This document shows positions 63,151 through 64,000 of a stretch of 64,000 nt of DNA, piece by piece. The DNA comes from Caecitellus pseudoparvulus (taxonomy: Eukaryota; Protista; Bigyra: Bicosoecida). The notes below the pieces were generated by a model that was not told the DNA's origin, made no database searches, and saw only the letters and a list, made by a program, of their open reading frames with translations. Both the position numbers and the translations under genes were made by a program. Where the stretch lies: the NCBI GenBank assembly GCA_965644315.1, contig CBFFRQ010000013.1:1-64000 (forward strand). The letters are read 5' to 3'. Every line of letters starts with the position of its first letter. The first letter of the stretch is position 1.

Positions 63151-64000
63151 CTACTTGGTTACGGCTTGGCCGCCCTTGTACTGCCGCTCAGCCGCCACAG
63201 CTGCTGCCGACTTGGACCAATCCACTTCCCCTCCATCGGTCAGTGCCTCCCAGCCTTCGCTGCCTAGTGGGTCGAATGTGGCGTGCAGCATGCGGCCGGC
63301 GCCGTGGGCTCCGCGCAAACCACCCTCGCTGGCCCCTCCTGCTGCGGGCTCCAGCTCAGCCAGCAGGCTTGTGGCCACCTCTGTCGTCTGTGACATGGAA
63401 CCACCGGGAGCAGACACGCAGAGGTCCAGTGGCAGCGCAAGGTCCAGCACCGGCTCGGCGTAGTGGCCCCGAAACTGCACCTGAGCAGACACGACACCCT
63501 GCCAGCGCAACACGGCCGCCGTGCCTGAGGCAGCGCTGGCCCGACCAACAGACACCGGCGTCATGTCAAACACTGCCGTTGTGTCGGCAACAGGGCGCTG
63601 CTTGGTCGTGGCGGAGCTCGCGAGCTGCCTGCTGCTTCCGTCCACATCCACGGCATAGGATGTGACGGTTGTCTCGGACACACGCAAGCGAGCAGCCTGA
63701 ATGCACGAGAATGGCAGTCCATCCGCATCAACCGCTTCAATGGACACCTGCAGCGCCACGGGTTTGCCTGGGGCAGGGCGCACAGCCCGGCACCGCACGC
63801 ACATGCGGCGGGTGAGGCGGAAAGCGGCTGGCTGCAGCCCCAGGCGCTCGGCGAGCCCTGCGCTGACGTCATCCGTCTTGGCGTGGATGACCAACGCTGC
63901 AGCATCATCCATGGGCGTCTTCTGCAAGTTCACGATGACGAGGCGGCCGCCCCTCTCGGCAGTGGCCAGGGGCATGTCGGCAGCAGGCGTCACTCGCAGG
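63151..64000 (-). CDS. Class IV sirtuin (SIRT6/7-like), C-terminal part; 5' end outside the window
   Basis: LRVTPAADMP...RLVIVNLQKTPMDDAAALVIHAKTDDV. Confidence 0.85.
   Translation of the reverse strand, partial: LRVTPAADMPLATAERGGRLVIVNLQKTPMDDAAALVIHAKTDDVSAGLAERLGLQPAAFRLTRRMCVRCRAVRPAPGKPVALQVSIEAVDADGLPFSCIQAARLRVSETTVTSYAVDVDGSSRQLASSATTKQRPVADTTAVFDMTPVSVGRASAASGTAAVLRWQGVVSAQVQFRGHYAEPVLDLALPLDLCVSAPGGSMSQTTEVATSLLAELEPAAGGASEGGLRGAHGAGRMLHATFDPLGSEGWEALTDGGEVDWSKSAAAVAAERQYKGGQAVTK

Overview
Eukaryotic (GC-rich, flagellated protist-like) genomic DNA with short GT-AG introns and very tight gene packing. Bases 1-3793 are a sharply bounded, very AT-rich, intronless island that looks like one end of an integrated DNA virus (mavirus-like virophage or Polinton-like virus). 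It holds an SF3 helicase, a small Zn-finger gene and a Trp-repeat gene missing from the ORF track. All three are preceded by a shared TCTA-core promoter motif, and the island ends in a tandemly duplicated, palindrome-bearing ~210-bp unit with a poly-C tip that apparently splits a host gene. The remaining ~60 kb is host DNA with about 23 genes: three glycosyltransferase-like genes, an ankyrin protein, poly(A) polymerase, ASPM, a C2-ankyrin-RBR-SPRY E3 ligase, a stand-alone TTM-type RNA triphosphatase, CFAP410, REV7, a pogo-like transposase next to (and possibly spliced to) a toxin-RNase-like ORF, a PfkB-SIS fusion, CCDC174-like, D2HGDH, a myristoylated CAMK-like kinase, HEI10, a dead NodB deacetylase membrane protein, a ~3000-aa PPC-repeat surface protein, two hypotheticals, CCDC124 and a partial SIRT6/7. 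All assignments are from motif recognition by eye; no searches were run and intron models are manual.
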